From Lingula anatina (Eukaryota > Animalia > Brachiopoda), in the NCBI GenBank assembly GCA_051362555.1, contig CM120640.1, positions 35,049,967 through 35,113,966 of the forward strand: a stretch of 64,000 nucleotides of DNA, read 5' to 3'. Below, piece after piece: positions 50,043 through 62,893 of this stretch (positions are counted from its first letter, which is position 1; each line of letters opens with the position of its first letter). A program made the translations under genes and the position numbers. The notes beneath the pieces are model-generated. The model saw only the letters and a list, made by a program, of their open reading frames with translations. It made no database searches and had not been told where the DNA came from.

Positions 50043-53000
50043 TCACAGTTTGCAGCAGGTCGCCACGGCCTTCACTCCTTGGTTTGGGAGGTCGCGCTTC
50101 TTGCCATTTATAGCAAGGCAGTAGGCATTGCCTCCCCAGGTATCTGCAACATGTAGAATACTTCTGTTAGTTGTTTTTTAATTACCTACGCAATATCCAC
50201 ATTTTGCATGGTGATGGGCAACGTTTTAGTGAAAAATTACTGTTTGGTTACTGTACCTATGTTATTTAATATATAATAAGCATACTAACCAAACGGTATC
50301 TGCATAACGTTTTTCGTTATTCATAAGGTGCATATATAGCATAGGGCAATAGCACAAAACGGTGCATCATATATTCTCCATGCTGATAAGTTGTTAAATT
50401 TGTGAAAAACAAGTGCCTTTTTGTGGGAGGGTTGTTACCTGTAAAGGCTCCTGCAGTTCCGCCAAACTCATTAAAGACGTTACACCCAGTGATAATGTAC
50501 CCAGCATCACAGGCCACGTAGGTCACATTGCCGGCAAAGTTTCCACTGCGACCAGAATGTTTGGTGACACACGACAGACCGCTTGCCTCACAGCAGGCAG
50601 CGTGGGCATACACACCTGCGATGAAGAAAATTGCTATTGATGGGATTTGAAATGCAAGTTTTCTTTCTTATATCGATAATGGCAAAATTGTAATTTTTAA
50701 GGAGGGAGAGATAATGCGAGAGTACTACATTCTTATATCTGCAGCATTACCTGTAAGACACCATATTCACCAACCATATTTCAAAGCACTGTCATGGACA
50801 AAATCAGATTGTCCAGACTTCATATTGTAGGCATACCGCTGACGTTTGATAATGGATACTACATACACCGTATCCCATTTCATTATTTAGGTATATTCCG
50901 ATATATAACGCTCACCTCCGTGTGGGCCGTCATTTTGCGCAACACAGGAGCGCGTGTCCATTTTGGGGTTAGACCCGTCAAAATCCCTGTGGTAGGTGTG
51001 TGTGGTACAACCTAAAATTGGATAGTAATTTGAATGTCTTTCACAGTCTGAAAACACATGAATTAGATATGAATTAGATGTTATTACACCTGCGATAGAA
51101 ATGATTTTCACCTGTCGGTAGTTTGCCACTGGGGCAGGCCACTGAGGCTTGCTTCCCATCTCCTTTCTCTGACGCTTGCGAACTGTGATAGGAACACTGA
51201 AGCTGTGAGATCGTCTTGCAGCATCGGGCAATGGCCTGAACAGCGGCCGTGGAGCCGTACCCATTGTGTGCCCTGCAAACCCGTCTTCCCGTGGCGACAT
51301 TCCAGGCGTATACTTCGCCGTCTCTAAGTGCTGAATTATCCTAGAAGTACCAAATGAATATTATGTGTATTTCATTTATACATAATTATATAATGTTACT
51401 GGTATCCTAGGGTTGGAAAGGAAAGAGTTCCTTAAAAATTGTTTGTCAAATGAGAAATGGGTATGTTGTAAGGGAATTTTGTAATATAAGTGCCTGGTTC
51501 TCATTTCCCAAATAATGGTTAATCAAACGTGTGGAGATCGATAAGAATGGGGTCATCCTAACCTCTCGTTACATTCCTTTTGCAACAACCTAGTTAACAA
51601 AAGTTATGGAACAGAACCTGATATACGGTTCTGACTTAAACATACTGTTATATTTTACTATTAATCTGTTTTAATGTTAACTTTTTAAAAAACTTCAATC
51701 CAGCGTGAAAAAATATTTTTCTAATTTTAATTTACTCACGGTTGCCCTGGAAGAACACCCAGTCATGATTTCATCCGCATTGCACGATACGTCGGTAGGT
51801 TTGTCATCACCGATGTCCGAATGTCCTGACCACCTATTAACACAGGTCAGTCCTGACGACAGTGGCACTGGTTTGGTCGTTGTCACAGATGCACTTGTGG
51901 GAAGGGCGGAACCTGTGTGCATGTCAATTTGCATGGTGTCTCCAACGGTTATTTTCTTCTCATTTATGGGCGATCCGTTGTATTTCAAAGTTATGGTGTA
52001 GTCGCCCTTGAATACTGTAAAATGCGTGCATCAAAAAGAATACAAAAATCTATTGACAACATATTGGAGAACATTTCACTAAGACCAGTTACATTGTACA
52101 ATATAGGTGTACTTTGTGTTTCAGTTTCTAATCTGGGCTCTGTAACTCGAAAGCATCGTGAATTACGAGGCTTTCGAGTTTTGCACTTTCGAGGAATCAC
52201 CATGCTTGCGCCCATTCGCAATGCTTTCGACTTACGGAGCCCTGACTTCAAGAGGATCCAAACGAAACTCAAAATGTTTCTTATCGTAGAATCTGTTGAA
52301 ACTTTTGTGTGGGGTTGGAAAGGGCCATGTACCTACACGTGTGTGCCAATGTTGCTACAGAAGTGTTGATCTCGTGGATTAACCTTACCTCTCAGTCTCA
52401 AGGTGCTCGTTCTCGAAGACGGCTTGAGAACGCGGTTGGTTTTCCAAGTTTTAGTCATCAGTTGCTGAACTCTCTGTCCCGCTGCATTGAGCTGTAACAA
52501 ATTATAAGATCAAATTGACTGAAAAGCGTAAACAGATTGCAAATAAGTATATAAACAGTAAACACGCATCTTTACCTTTATCTTTATTCTTCATCATACT
52601 TCTCTCAAAAAAGTCAATACGGAATATTACACAATAACAACAGCTTACCTTAAAATCATCCCCTACTCCCTGTGCAATATTTACGTTGGCTCTCCATGCG
52701 TTTCCGTCATCATACCATGTCCAGAGTACTATCCCCTCGACCCCTGGGTGACTGTACAAACACGTCATTACATCCTCATAGTAATCTGCCCTCTTGTTTA
52801 CGTCTTTCCCCTCTATATCCAGTTCGGTTACCCATATTGGAATCCCGGTGAGCGCAAGTTTGTCCAAGTTTTGCTGAGAAGAAATTAGCAAAGTAAGGCA
52901 AAAGAAGTCTTTGTTTAGAAATAGCATCCACTCAAGATGACCATTTGGTATTCAGATGTAAAAATAGATCAAAAATGTATAAGGTGATATTCTCCTTTAT

Positions 53001-56000
53001 AAAATTTCTAAATCTTTGAAATGTGTAAAATTCCATCCACGTGGACTGTATACCTGGATTTTGAGAATATCTGGAGGTCCAGCGGGAAAGTGCCCCTGGA
53101 CTCCAATACCTGACAGCGGCAGACCTTTGGCCAAATAATCTTGGACCATCTGAACGTATGCCTGTAAAAATAACCAAGAATACTGCTACTTACATAACGT
53201 GTAAATACAGGTCTTCTTGTCTTTGGTACAGACTCACGATGATCCGTGGTGTTTTTATTCATGTAGTCATAAACAATTCTTAGGTATTGTAATTAATTGC
53301 ACTATGGTGTCACATAAGCGTAGGAGCCTAGGGCGGGCTTTCGCCACCCACTTTTTTCAACCACCTCATTCTACGTGTAAAAGCAGGGAGGCTAAGAGCT
53401 CCCCCCCCCCCTTAGTTTTTGTCAAGTTTAACTCCCACACACACACATCATTTCAAATTTGCTTCCTACAAGCCTGTATAAAGTGTATTTAAAATGGCAT
53501 ATCAAAAATGATTTAAAATGCTTGATGGAAAACGAGTCACATACATCAGTGATGATTCCGGAGCTGATAACATTGTATTCGTTATGGAACAGTTTGACTG
53601 TTGGGTCTATGGCGTGGGTCATTTGAAACATCTTCTCTGTGATGGATCGATCTCCCGTGTTTCTCTCAAACCAGTCGCCCTTTCCAGCGATGATCTCGTT
53701 GTTTACGTCCCAATGTTGTAAGCTGTACAACGAAAACGAAAGTTTTGTTACGGCTTTCTGTAAGTTATAGAATAGCAAGTATATGACTGATGTGCGATAG
53801 ATAGCCACATTAAAAACGATGACATTAGTGTAACAATTCTTGATAAGTTGGAGGAACCGTCTACCGTCTTTTTGTTAGATTGGAAGGTCAATTACAGAAT
53901 GAGTGTATTTGCAAAATACTAAACACGAACATTCATGGGGAAAGGCAAAAAAGTGCCATGTATTGTTTTTATGTTTTCGTTCCTACTGATTCTCCCTTCA
54001 AATACGAAACAAATATATATGCTTTGGTTCCGTAAGTCGATTTTAAAATTCTTTACTTATTCAAATATTCATTTTGACCAAAATGGAAGAGATTATGAGG
54101 TGTACTTACTCTCCTTTAAAACGGCTAACCACGTCGTTAATTCTAGTGTTAATTTCCGACTTTATTTGATCCGCATTCATTGTCTTAAGCCAGCTCGGAA
54201 CAAATTCCTCTACGCCCCATACGACATTGTGGCCTCTGATCTTCAAACTGAGATTTAGCGTTTGAATGCATAAAATAATTCTTATTATGTTGTTTGTATT
54301 TTTTACATATTATCATTAAAGAAGGGGGAAGAGACGAAGACGTTATTCATCGAAAGCGAATGTTAGGGTCTTCTACTTATACAGTTACATGTAACAGTAA
54401 GCAGTAGGACATACTGATCTTTAATATACTAAAAAGAGGGAAACGGGTTGTTTTAACAAACAGCAATGCAAAGGTTACTTTCTATTCCGACTATTCTGCA
54501 TCATATGTATTAAGTATATACAGGTAAACATGAAACATGTAAATATTGTAACTGTATTATTCGGATACCTACCCCTGCGACAACAACTTAGCTATTGCTT
54601 TTTGGGGTCTCTCATAGTTGATGGATCCCTGAAAAAGTACAAGAACCAACAATACATGCAATAATGGTCCTTTTGATGTATTTAAAAATAATGTTAAGTA
54701 CACATGTATCGGTTAGTAGTATTCCAAATGCAGCTTGGTGAATACCTTACTATTGAATATTGAATATTATATCCAACATATGCATGGTACACATGCATAT
54801 TATGTAACCTTGTTAAGAAGGTAGAATTCGGAGTCCTGTGATCCAGTACTACAACTAGGTTTTAACAAATCAAAGCAGCCAATGTTACTGTATGTTCTAT
54901 ATTGACTATTCTACAGTTTGTTTCGATATTTTTTAAAATATATTTCATAGTTTCTAAAGCCATGTACAAGTGCTCCTTTTTTTTTATGAAAAGACTCTCC
55001 AAATTTGCACATGAAGCCATCTAAAACGTGTCCTTTGTAATGGTCGCCCAAGCATACCTTATTCCACTGCATCATCCTCCATTTTAAGGCATTTTCCAAG
55101 GTAGCCCACTCAAACGTATCCCCGACAAATTTTCTGTATGTTGATGCATTATCTTCTACGTATTTGCTAGCTTTCACCGTGCCGCCAAATCCAAACTGAC
55201 TCTTGGTTTGTTTTACCTTTTTTAAATATATAACGAACAAAAACTGCCTAAACAAAAGTGTCAACAATCTGCATAGAAACCTAGAAAAGACTCTTGCATG
55301 TTTTTATAATTTTTATCTCCATTCTAACAAATATTAAAAAAATTATTTTAAGAAAACACGTTTGAGATTCTACACGTTACCATATAACGTGCCCGTCCTG
55401 GAAATTAAATGTGCACAGAAATTTAATGCACACTGACTTAGACGAATACTAGACGTGTCCCTTACAGAAGTTAACTTACCTGAACTTCTACGTCTTTTAA
55501 ATTGTATTCAGCACCAACTGACAAACTACGAAATAAAAAAATTCATCTTATACCTGTTATTGGACAGAATATATGAAAATTATCTTTTTTATTTCAGACA
55601 TGAGCTTTTTCCGCGAAAAGGCGGAATTACGCGTTTTTTAATTCAATTCTGATGGTTATTGAGAAACGTCAAGGTTAGGTTTTGGGTCCCATGATAAATG
55701 TCCAGAGATTTGTTTGTTAAACCTAGGCGCATGTCTGTTTAATGTAAAAGCAAAAACACTCCACTCGTAAAGGCATAAGTCAAGTCTCTTATGGGTCGCC
55801 TGTCATTTGTGTTTCAAAACATAGAATTACGCGAAGAGGGGCAAAAAGACACTCTACCAGGGCCTCCGATTAATTTTAAGTATTATTCTTTAACGCGAGA
55901 AGTAAAGTGTCATAAATTAACCAGAGCCATCTGTGAATATGTAGTGAAAAATCAATCTGTGGCTCTGGCAGAGGGTAATTTTTTCTGCTACTATTGACTG

Positions 56001-57962
56001 TAAAATGTAATCATACTCGGTAAATACCATTTTAACATTTATTTTCAATTAAGACTAACTTCAATTTAAAGAAAGAAGAGGAATATTTTCATACTTAATG
56101 GCAATATCTGCCTTTCTGATTTGTTCAATTCTTTGAAGAGCATCGGCTTTCCAATTTCTGCCAAGTTCTGGAATCAGTTTCAAAGACGCGCTGTCGACGA
56201 GAAAAGACACCGATGGATCGGAGCCCTGCAGGTAAATCTGGTTACTTCTGATGTCTGAATAGCAAGCATAGAAAAAAGTTAGTTTTTCCCTTAAAAAGAT
56301 TCTTTATTATTATTTTTTCTTATGAACATACTGGTGCTGAATACAGAGAATACAGCCAGACTGGCTGTTTGCAGTATTAATCATGAAAAGTTAATGAGAC
56401 GTTCTGATATAGACATGCACACAGTATAACTCGGATTACAAGTAAACAGCGATTAAGGTGAAATTGCAAGTGTTATCCAATTTGAATTAGCATAAAAGTA
56501 TAAGATAAGATACGTTAGCAGTCGTATACAGTGTAAAAACGCATGGGGCCCTGCTGGTAAACGCCCCCTTTAAGTTGGATCATTGCCAAAGGACTGTGAG
56601 ACGAGACAATAAAGTTGTCTTCAATTGTTTTAACTGGATGCATTTGAATATACTTTGGAGAAGAACATGACACGAGTGTGAGAGAAAGGTTCTCAATGTG
56701 CAATCTTTTCTTGAGAGAGAGAGAGAGAGAGAGGCTGACCTTTATTACCAGGAACCCTAAACGATCCACCAACTTCTCTCCAAGAATCTGCTGTTCTCAT
56801 GTAGGGACTGATGCCAATCAAAGCATATTGATCTTTACCTAAATATTTCAAATTCAAACTTTCTGAGATGAGATATAACTATGCTTGACCAAAGACAATG
56901 CCAATATCAAATTCTAATTCAAGCCAATAAAACGGGCGGATGGAGGCCGTGTACTGGGTCTTCCGGAAGACAGTCAGAATTTTTCAAGTTTACATTGACG
57001 GGCATCTAATTTTTTCTATCGGAAGACAAAAATGTCAAAAATGAAGGGTGGATCCACAGGGGTAATTTGGAAAACTGTCTGAAATATATCTGGATCCGCC
57101 CCTGTAAAAGATGAAATATGCAGAAATATTGATAACCTCTTGCAAACGAAAAACATTTATATTGGATGGGATGTGCTACCGAGGACATTTCTGTAAATCT
57201 CTCAATTTTGTCACTTTTAGCCGTTAAAAGCTACTACATCTCCCTGTCACAGCTACCAAACCGTTTCTCTATATGTGATATTACCATCGGTGAAAACAGT
57301 GTGTCTTATCGCCTCCAATCTGGTGTGGAGAACCCCCGCCTCATTGTTCAATAACTTGACGTAGGCTTTGAACTCGTAAAAGGCGCCCTTGTTGAGTGAC
57401 ACCGTTTGGGCGGGGCCGGACCAGTAAGCTCGTCTTAATGAGATCACCAAAAATAAATTGAGAATTATAACAATATTATTTTTAAAATCCATAATTGTTT
57501 ACTCGTTTTTTTTTTTATTACAAAAAAAGTGGTTCCAAGTATAGAAAATATATACTGCCAAACACCATAACGCAACGATTCTTGCATTTTTCTGCTTTTC
57601 TGGAAGTGTTTCAATAATAACCATTAAGTATATATATATATAGGAAACCACAGCTAAACCATCGACATGTAAGTCTCAGTTATGTAGCGTGTGCCTTTGA
57701 TGTCTGTTATATCCAATCAGTGGTGCTAAATTCATCCAAACAAAAACAAACGGCAGAAGAAAACAGTCGTATACCTGTTTGTCACTTTGCCACTAAATAG
57801 CCCAGTGTGACTATCACTGGACCGTCCCAAGGTGCATCCCCGACACGACCAACTGCCTTGGAAGTTACCGTTTTCAAACCCAGTATTCTGCAGAAGTTCT
57901 TGGCCCGACAGCAGTGGGGTGACGACAGCTGTCACCCATAGAAACACGAAGAGGTTTTCCAT
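50043..57962 (-). CDS. Secreted GH10 endo-1,4-beta-xylanase-like enzyme: signal peptide, CBM4/22-like module, GH10, beta-sandwich, S/T linker, three PCSK9-C-terminal-like Cys-rich modules (about 825 aa, 17 coding exons)
   Basis: Exons 57775-57962, 57285-57433, 56749-56838, 56095-56254, 55480-55525, 55058-55216, 54573-54628, 54110-54247, 53545-53722, 53054-53161, 52649-52873, 52389-52491, 51740-52014, 51112-51340, 50916-51011, 50439-50615 and 50043-50143, all phase-consistent. GH10 motifs ENALKW, RGHNVVW, WDVNNE (acid/base), NEYN, GIGVQGH and IWVTELD (nucleophile). N-terminal ELLQNTGFE...W.EVGGSF...VDSASL. Confidence 0.92.
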
Positions 57963-59493
57963 ACCTGTATATAATATTTTAAAATGAACTATAACTGTAT
58001 CCCTACCTCTGTATTAGGAGAAGTGTCAAGGTTGGCTGTAAGGGATTTTGACATTCTCCATGATTACATCCTAAGTAAAATGCTACGGCAAACACGATGT
58101 CTCCCAAACGTTCACGTTATCACACTTTAGTAAACAAACTCAGCGTGAATATATAGAACTCAATCTTACGTGCATACTATAGCTGTAAGAAATATCCCTT
58201 ATAAAACCTATTCACCCCAACTTTAGCGTCTTTTCTATTGTTAGATCAGTGGCTTTCTTAAAATATTTTTCTTAGAAACTAACTACATACTTATTGTGAA
58301 GCATTGTCGGACACTCGAAATTATAAGCCCGAATTGCACCAAAATAAAGAAACCATATCTACAAATCAAGCAGGTCGCAAATTATGTTTGATGTACATCT
58401 TTAAATAAAATCAAGTAAAAATTGATTTACTTCATAAAATACAATTTATACTAACCTGATCAGGTGTGAAATGTAGTATACCCTGCCCTGCAATCCCGCT
58501 GCTTAAATAACGTACTTGTGTCTTCTATCTGTAACTATTTAGACGGCGAATATGTCCACAAAGTGTTATTTACATAGACGATCAAACACGGACTGGTTGA
58601 AGTTTACATAAAAAGAGGATTACATGTATTAGGCCATTGCTGGTTATTTCCGTGTCTGTGCGCGACTGCTAGCACGAAAACTCATTTATAATTACCGGTA
58701 GTATTCTTCTTTTGCTTTGGGCCATACGCCCATCGGCTCAATAGATGTACAACAAAAGGCAACAGTATAAAAAAAACTAAAGGTAAAAGAAAAAACAGAA
58801 AAACAGGAGACCTGAATGCATCACTCCTTAAAAGAGTAAGTAGATTTTCAACATAACGTGTCAGGAAGGGGTGATACGGATCACAAGTGCTTTATGCAGA
58901 AAGTTGGTTAAATTGCTAAGTATTTTTTTAATTTGGGGAGTTTTAAAAGAAAGCTTTACGAGTTTGAACGTGTTTGAATTAAAGAAATCGTGTTATGTAT
59001 ATATATATATATATATATTATAGCACAGGGAACTGTAAAGAGGGCACTCAAAAATAGCGTTTGTCGTCTGTTGAGACTAAATCTCTGCAACAGATACGAA
59101 GAGTGTGATTAGTTAAAGAGATAACAACTGTTTTTAATATGATGGAGGCTTCTTTCGAGGGTCTAACAACATGGTATATTAACCTCGAAATCAATGATTA
59201 CTTACTGCCATAATATCAGTTTAGTTGACCATGAATGAAAGAGTCCCGTTATTTTACAGTGTCTTCTTATACATGTATTTCACATATCTTTGAACAGAAA
59301 TTGCATATTGAACGACAGAAATGCAGGGATAAGGCAGACAAGATAGAGGAGCTTTGTTTATTATATTTAACCAGATACCCCGTATTTTATCTTATTTATT
59401 TATTTTAATTGTTTTATTCGAAATCATGATAATAAATGGATCATTTCAAATAGTGGTAATGGCAATGAAAGTTGCCAGGCGATTTTTCTTTCC

Positions 59494-62400
59494 CTATAGG
59501 CGGCAGCACGTGATGACAGCGATGACACCTTGGTTTGGTGAATCCCGCTTCCTGCCATTAACGGCAATGCAGTAAGGGTTAGCTGAAAGATTCAAAACCA
59601 CGGTAAAATTAATTAAATGTACAGCTTCAAGGACGACTCAAATCAAATCAAAATCAAATAATCATTTTTCTTTTTCTCATTTTTCTCAATCAGGATATTT
59701 AAGGCAAATATAAACACAGCAGAAAAAGCGCTGATCCGACCAATGTCTTTCTACTCCCTCTCAGCGTAAAACATGGTTAAATTTATTTGTCTTAGACTTT
59801 GAAAGAATTTAATCAAAAAGTATGCATTTACATATATAGGCACCGGCGATTCCTCCGAACTCATTGTAGGCATTGCACCCTGTAGCAGCATAGCCGTTGT
59901 CACACGCTACAGCGGTTTTGTTTCCGACAAAACTATCACTTCGAACTGAAGATTTGGAGACACAGTGGAGTCCGCTGGCCTTGCAGCACGCGGCGTGGGA
60001 ATACACCCCTGAAAAAATGTAATCGATAATTGAGGCGGTCATGGCATATTGACATGAAAACATCTTACATGTAGCCAATTTTCCTTGACTTACACGTACA
60101 GGTAGGCCTATCAACTGTCACGCCTTTGAGTTCACTTATATATACACATTTATTTGGTTCATGTTTTTTTACAGTGACTAGTTTTTCTTGGATTTTATTT
60201 GCCATAAAAACGCCACCCAAACACACACACACACACACCACGCTGCTCTGAGTAGGCCTACTTACCGTATTTTGGGTTTTTAAGGTCATCGTTCTCAGCT
60301 ACACAAGAACGAGAGTCTACTTTGGATAAAACACCAGCAGAAGACGAAAAAGCAGAGCGACTTGCACACCCTGGAATAGCGATTTCCATACTTTTTTTAT
60401 ACTATAAATTTTGCTTCGTAATTTATTTAATGCCTGTTTTTTGATAGCGGTGTATTATGTGACATTACGTTTTTTACAACATTATCACTACAGATATCAT
60501 TCAAAAGACACCATACATCGGCTATGCTGTTAAACTAACTGTGTTAGCATTCATTATCATACAAGTACTCCGTATTGTAAATAAGGAGTTTTTGCCTTTT
60601 ACATGCTTTTTCAACAATGCTTACCAGTTGGTAAATATCCAGTCGGACAAACGGCAGCGGTCTGTTCACCATCACCATTTTTAGAAACACGTGAACTTGA
60701 ATAAGTGCACTGTAGATCAGAAGGGCCCTTACAACACTGGGCAATGGCTTGAACAGGGGCTGTGGAACCGAATCCATTTATAGCTTGACATACTCGCTGT
60801 TTGATTCCTGTATCCCATGAAAACTTCTCCCCGTCTTTCGTTTCTTGGTCATTCTAGAATGAAAACGTCAAATTGTGGTTTATCAAAAGCATCCGTCGTA
60901 CCAACATTATCCGCCTTTGATACTTTCATCTCGTTTTTCCATGAATTGGTTTTTGTAAATGTTATTTTCATATATACGTCAGATTATTCAAATTAACCCC
61001 AACAGGACTTAAAATAGATGGCATGTGCAAAAAAACCCTTTAACTATCCACTCCCCCTGAACCCGTTACATTTTAAATCATACTGACCACCGATTTGGAA
61101 GAGCAGCCTGTCATAATCTCGCCATCCTTACAGCTAGCAGTGACCCGCTTGTCGTCGCCAATTTCTGAGTTTTTCGACCATCTGGTCACACAAGTCAGTA
61201 CGGCGGACGCCGTGGTTTTGGTTCCAATTTGAAGGTTAACGGTTGCCCCACTCTGCCCCAGTGTTATTTTCTTCTGGGCGACTGATGACCCGTTGTATTT
61301 TACTGTGATGGTGTATTCACCCTTAAAACCTACAAGTATTGTAAAACATGGTGTGAAGTTCCATTTTAGATTACTTTTGCAATATGGAATTTTTTTTCTC
61401 TCTCTTCCTGACTGGCTATAAAGTATCAATCACGTGTTTTAATGTGCATTAATTCAGACTTTCACACACCGGTACTTGCAGGTGATAAAGCAATACTGTT
61501 GTTCCTACTGAACAGTGGATAGCTCTAAATTATCAAAAGCATTTTTTATGATAAACATGCTAAATATTTTGAAATGTCATTTAAGCTTTACCTCTCAATC
61601 TCAGGGTGCTCGACCTCGAAATTGGTTGGAGAACCTGGTTGGTTTTCCATGTTTTTGTCATCAACTGCTTCACTCTTTCTCCTGCTGGATTCAGCTGGAA
61701 AACAAAAAAATGTTTTGTTTTGTTTATTTTTCCGATTCTTGTTAAATAATTTTGTTGTTCACTGACGTTTATCTATTCAAAATACACAGTTCTACATCTA
61801 CATATCAGTTTGAAAGCTGTAGCAACGAGAAGTTATTAATGTATGCAGTTACACTTGGTGAATAGGAACCGCCTCTTTTCTTGTCTAAAAAACTGATGCT
61901 CTTGGGTCGGGTTTTACGAAAGAGCTGAAGCCGACAGTTAGTGTTGAAGTTCTTTCATTTCAAGGAACTACTACACATTTTAACCAATGTAATCAAAATA
62001 GATGAAAATAGCTAAGACCAACTGTTGTGTAAGATGTTTCGTGCACATTTACAACTAACCTTAAATTTGTCCCCTTGTCCATCTGCCAAATTAGCACCAG
62101 CTTTAGCATTTTTACCTCCATTGTCGTGCCATGACCACAAGATAATACCCTCAACCCCGGGGTAACTAAACAGATAGGTCATCACATCTTCATAGTAATC
62201 CGCCCTCTTGGCAACGTTGCTTGCCTCTATGTCTAATTCTGTTATCCATATGGGTAGCCCAGTAAGGGCAAGTTTATCAAGATTTTGCTAGAGAGTAGAA
62301 ATGCAGCATAGTGTATCATTTTTGTTGTTATACTTTTTCAAATAAACAAGCACGGAATTTGGTATTCATTCACTTAAGTTACCTGAGTTGAAATGTGCCA

Positions 62401-62847
62401 CAATGAATATTCAATTAATTCCAATTAAACTATAAAATTATACACGATAAACAAAGTAAAGGTTGCAGTCTACTGAAAATATGCTGTGTGTCATGAAACA
62501 ATCTTTAAATTCACCATAATATATCTAACCTGTATTTTTAGAATATCTGGAGGACCAACTTTTAGATGTCCCTGCACTCCAATGCCGGACAGCGGGAGAC
62601 CTTTGGCTTGATATTCCTTTATCATGTCCACATATGCCTGGATAAGTAATTAAATTGCCAACTTAATCGGCACAAACATTTGATATATAAGTCCTTTTTC
62701 GTTTGACTCCCTAAAAATACACTTTCACGTTTTTTAACATTTAAAAACGCATACAAGGCTTAGGCAGAATATCAACTGAAAACACTTTTTGTATAGTTCA
62801 CTGTAGATTTCAACTGGAACAATTTGTCAGCATTTCTCTCTCTCTCC

Positions 62848-62893
<46 letters not shown>

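Noticed and set aside
50887-51300. 137-aa minus-strand ORF MSPREDGFAG...
   Set aside because: Wrong frame over exon 51112-51340 plus intron read-through. The correctly spliced frame encodes the PCSK9-like modules.
50043-52014. Calling the locus a PCSK9 ortholog
   Set aside because: There is no subtilisin prodomain or catalytic triad motif; the upstream in-phase exons encode GH10.
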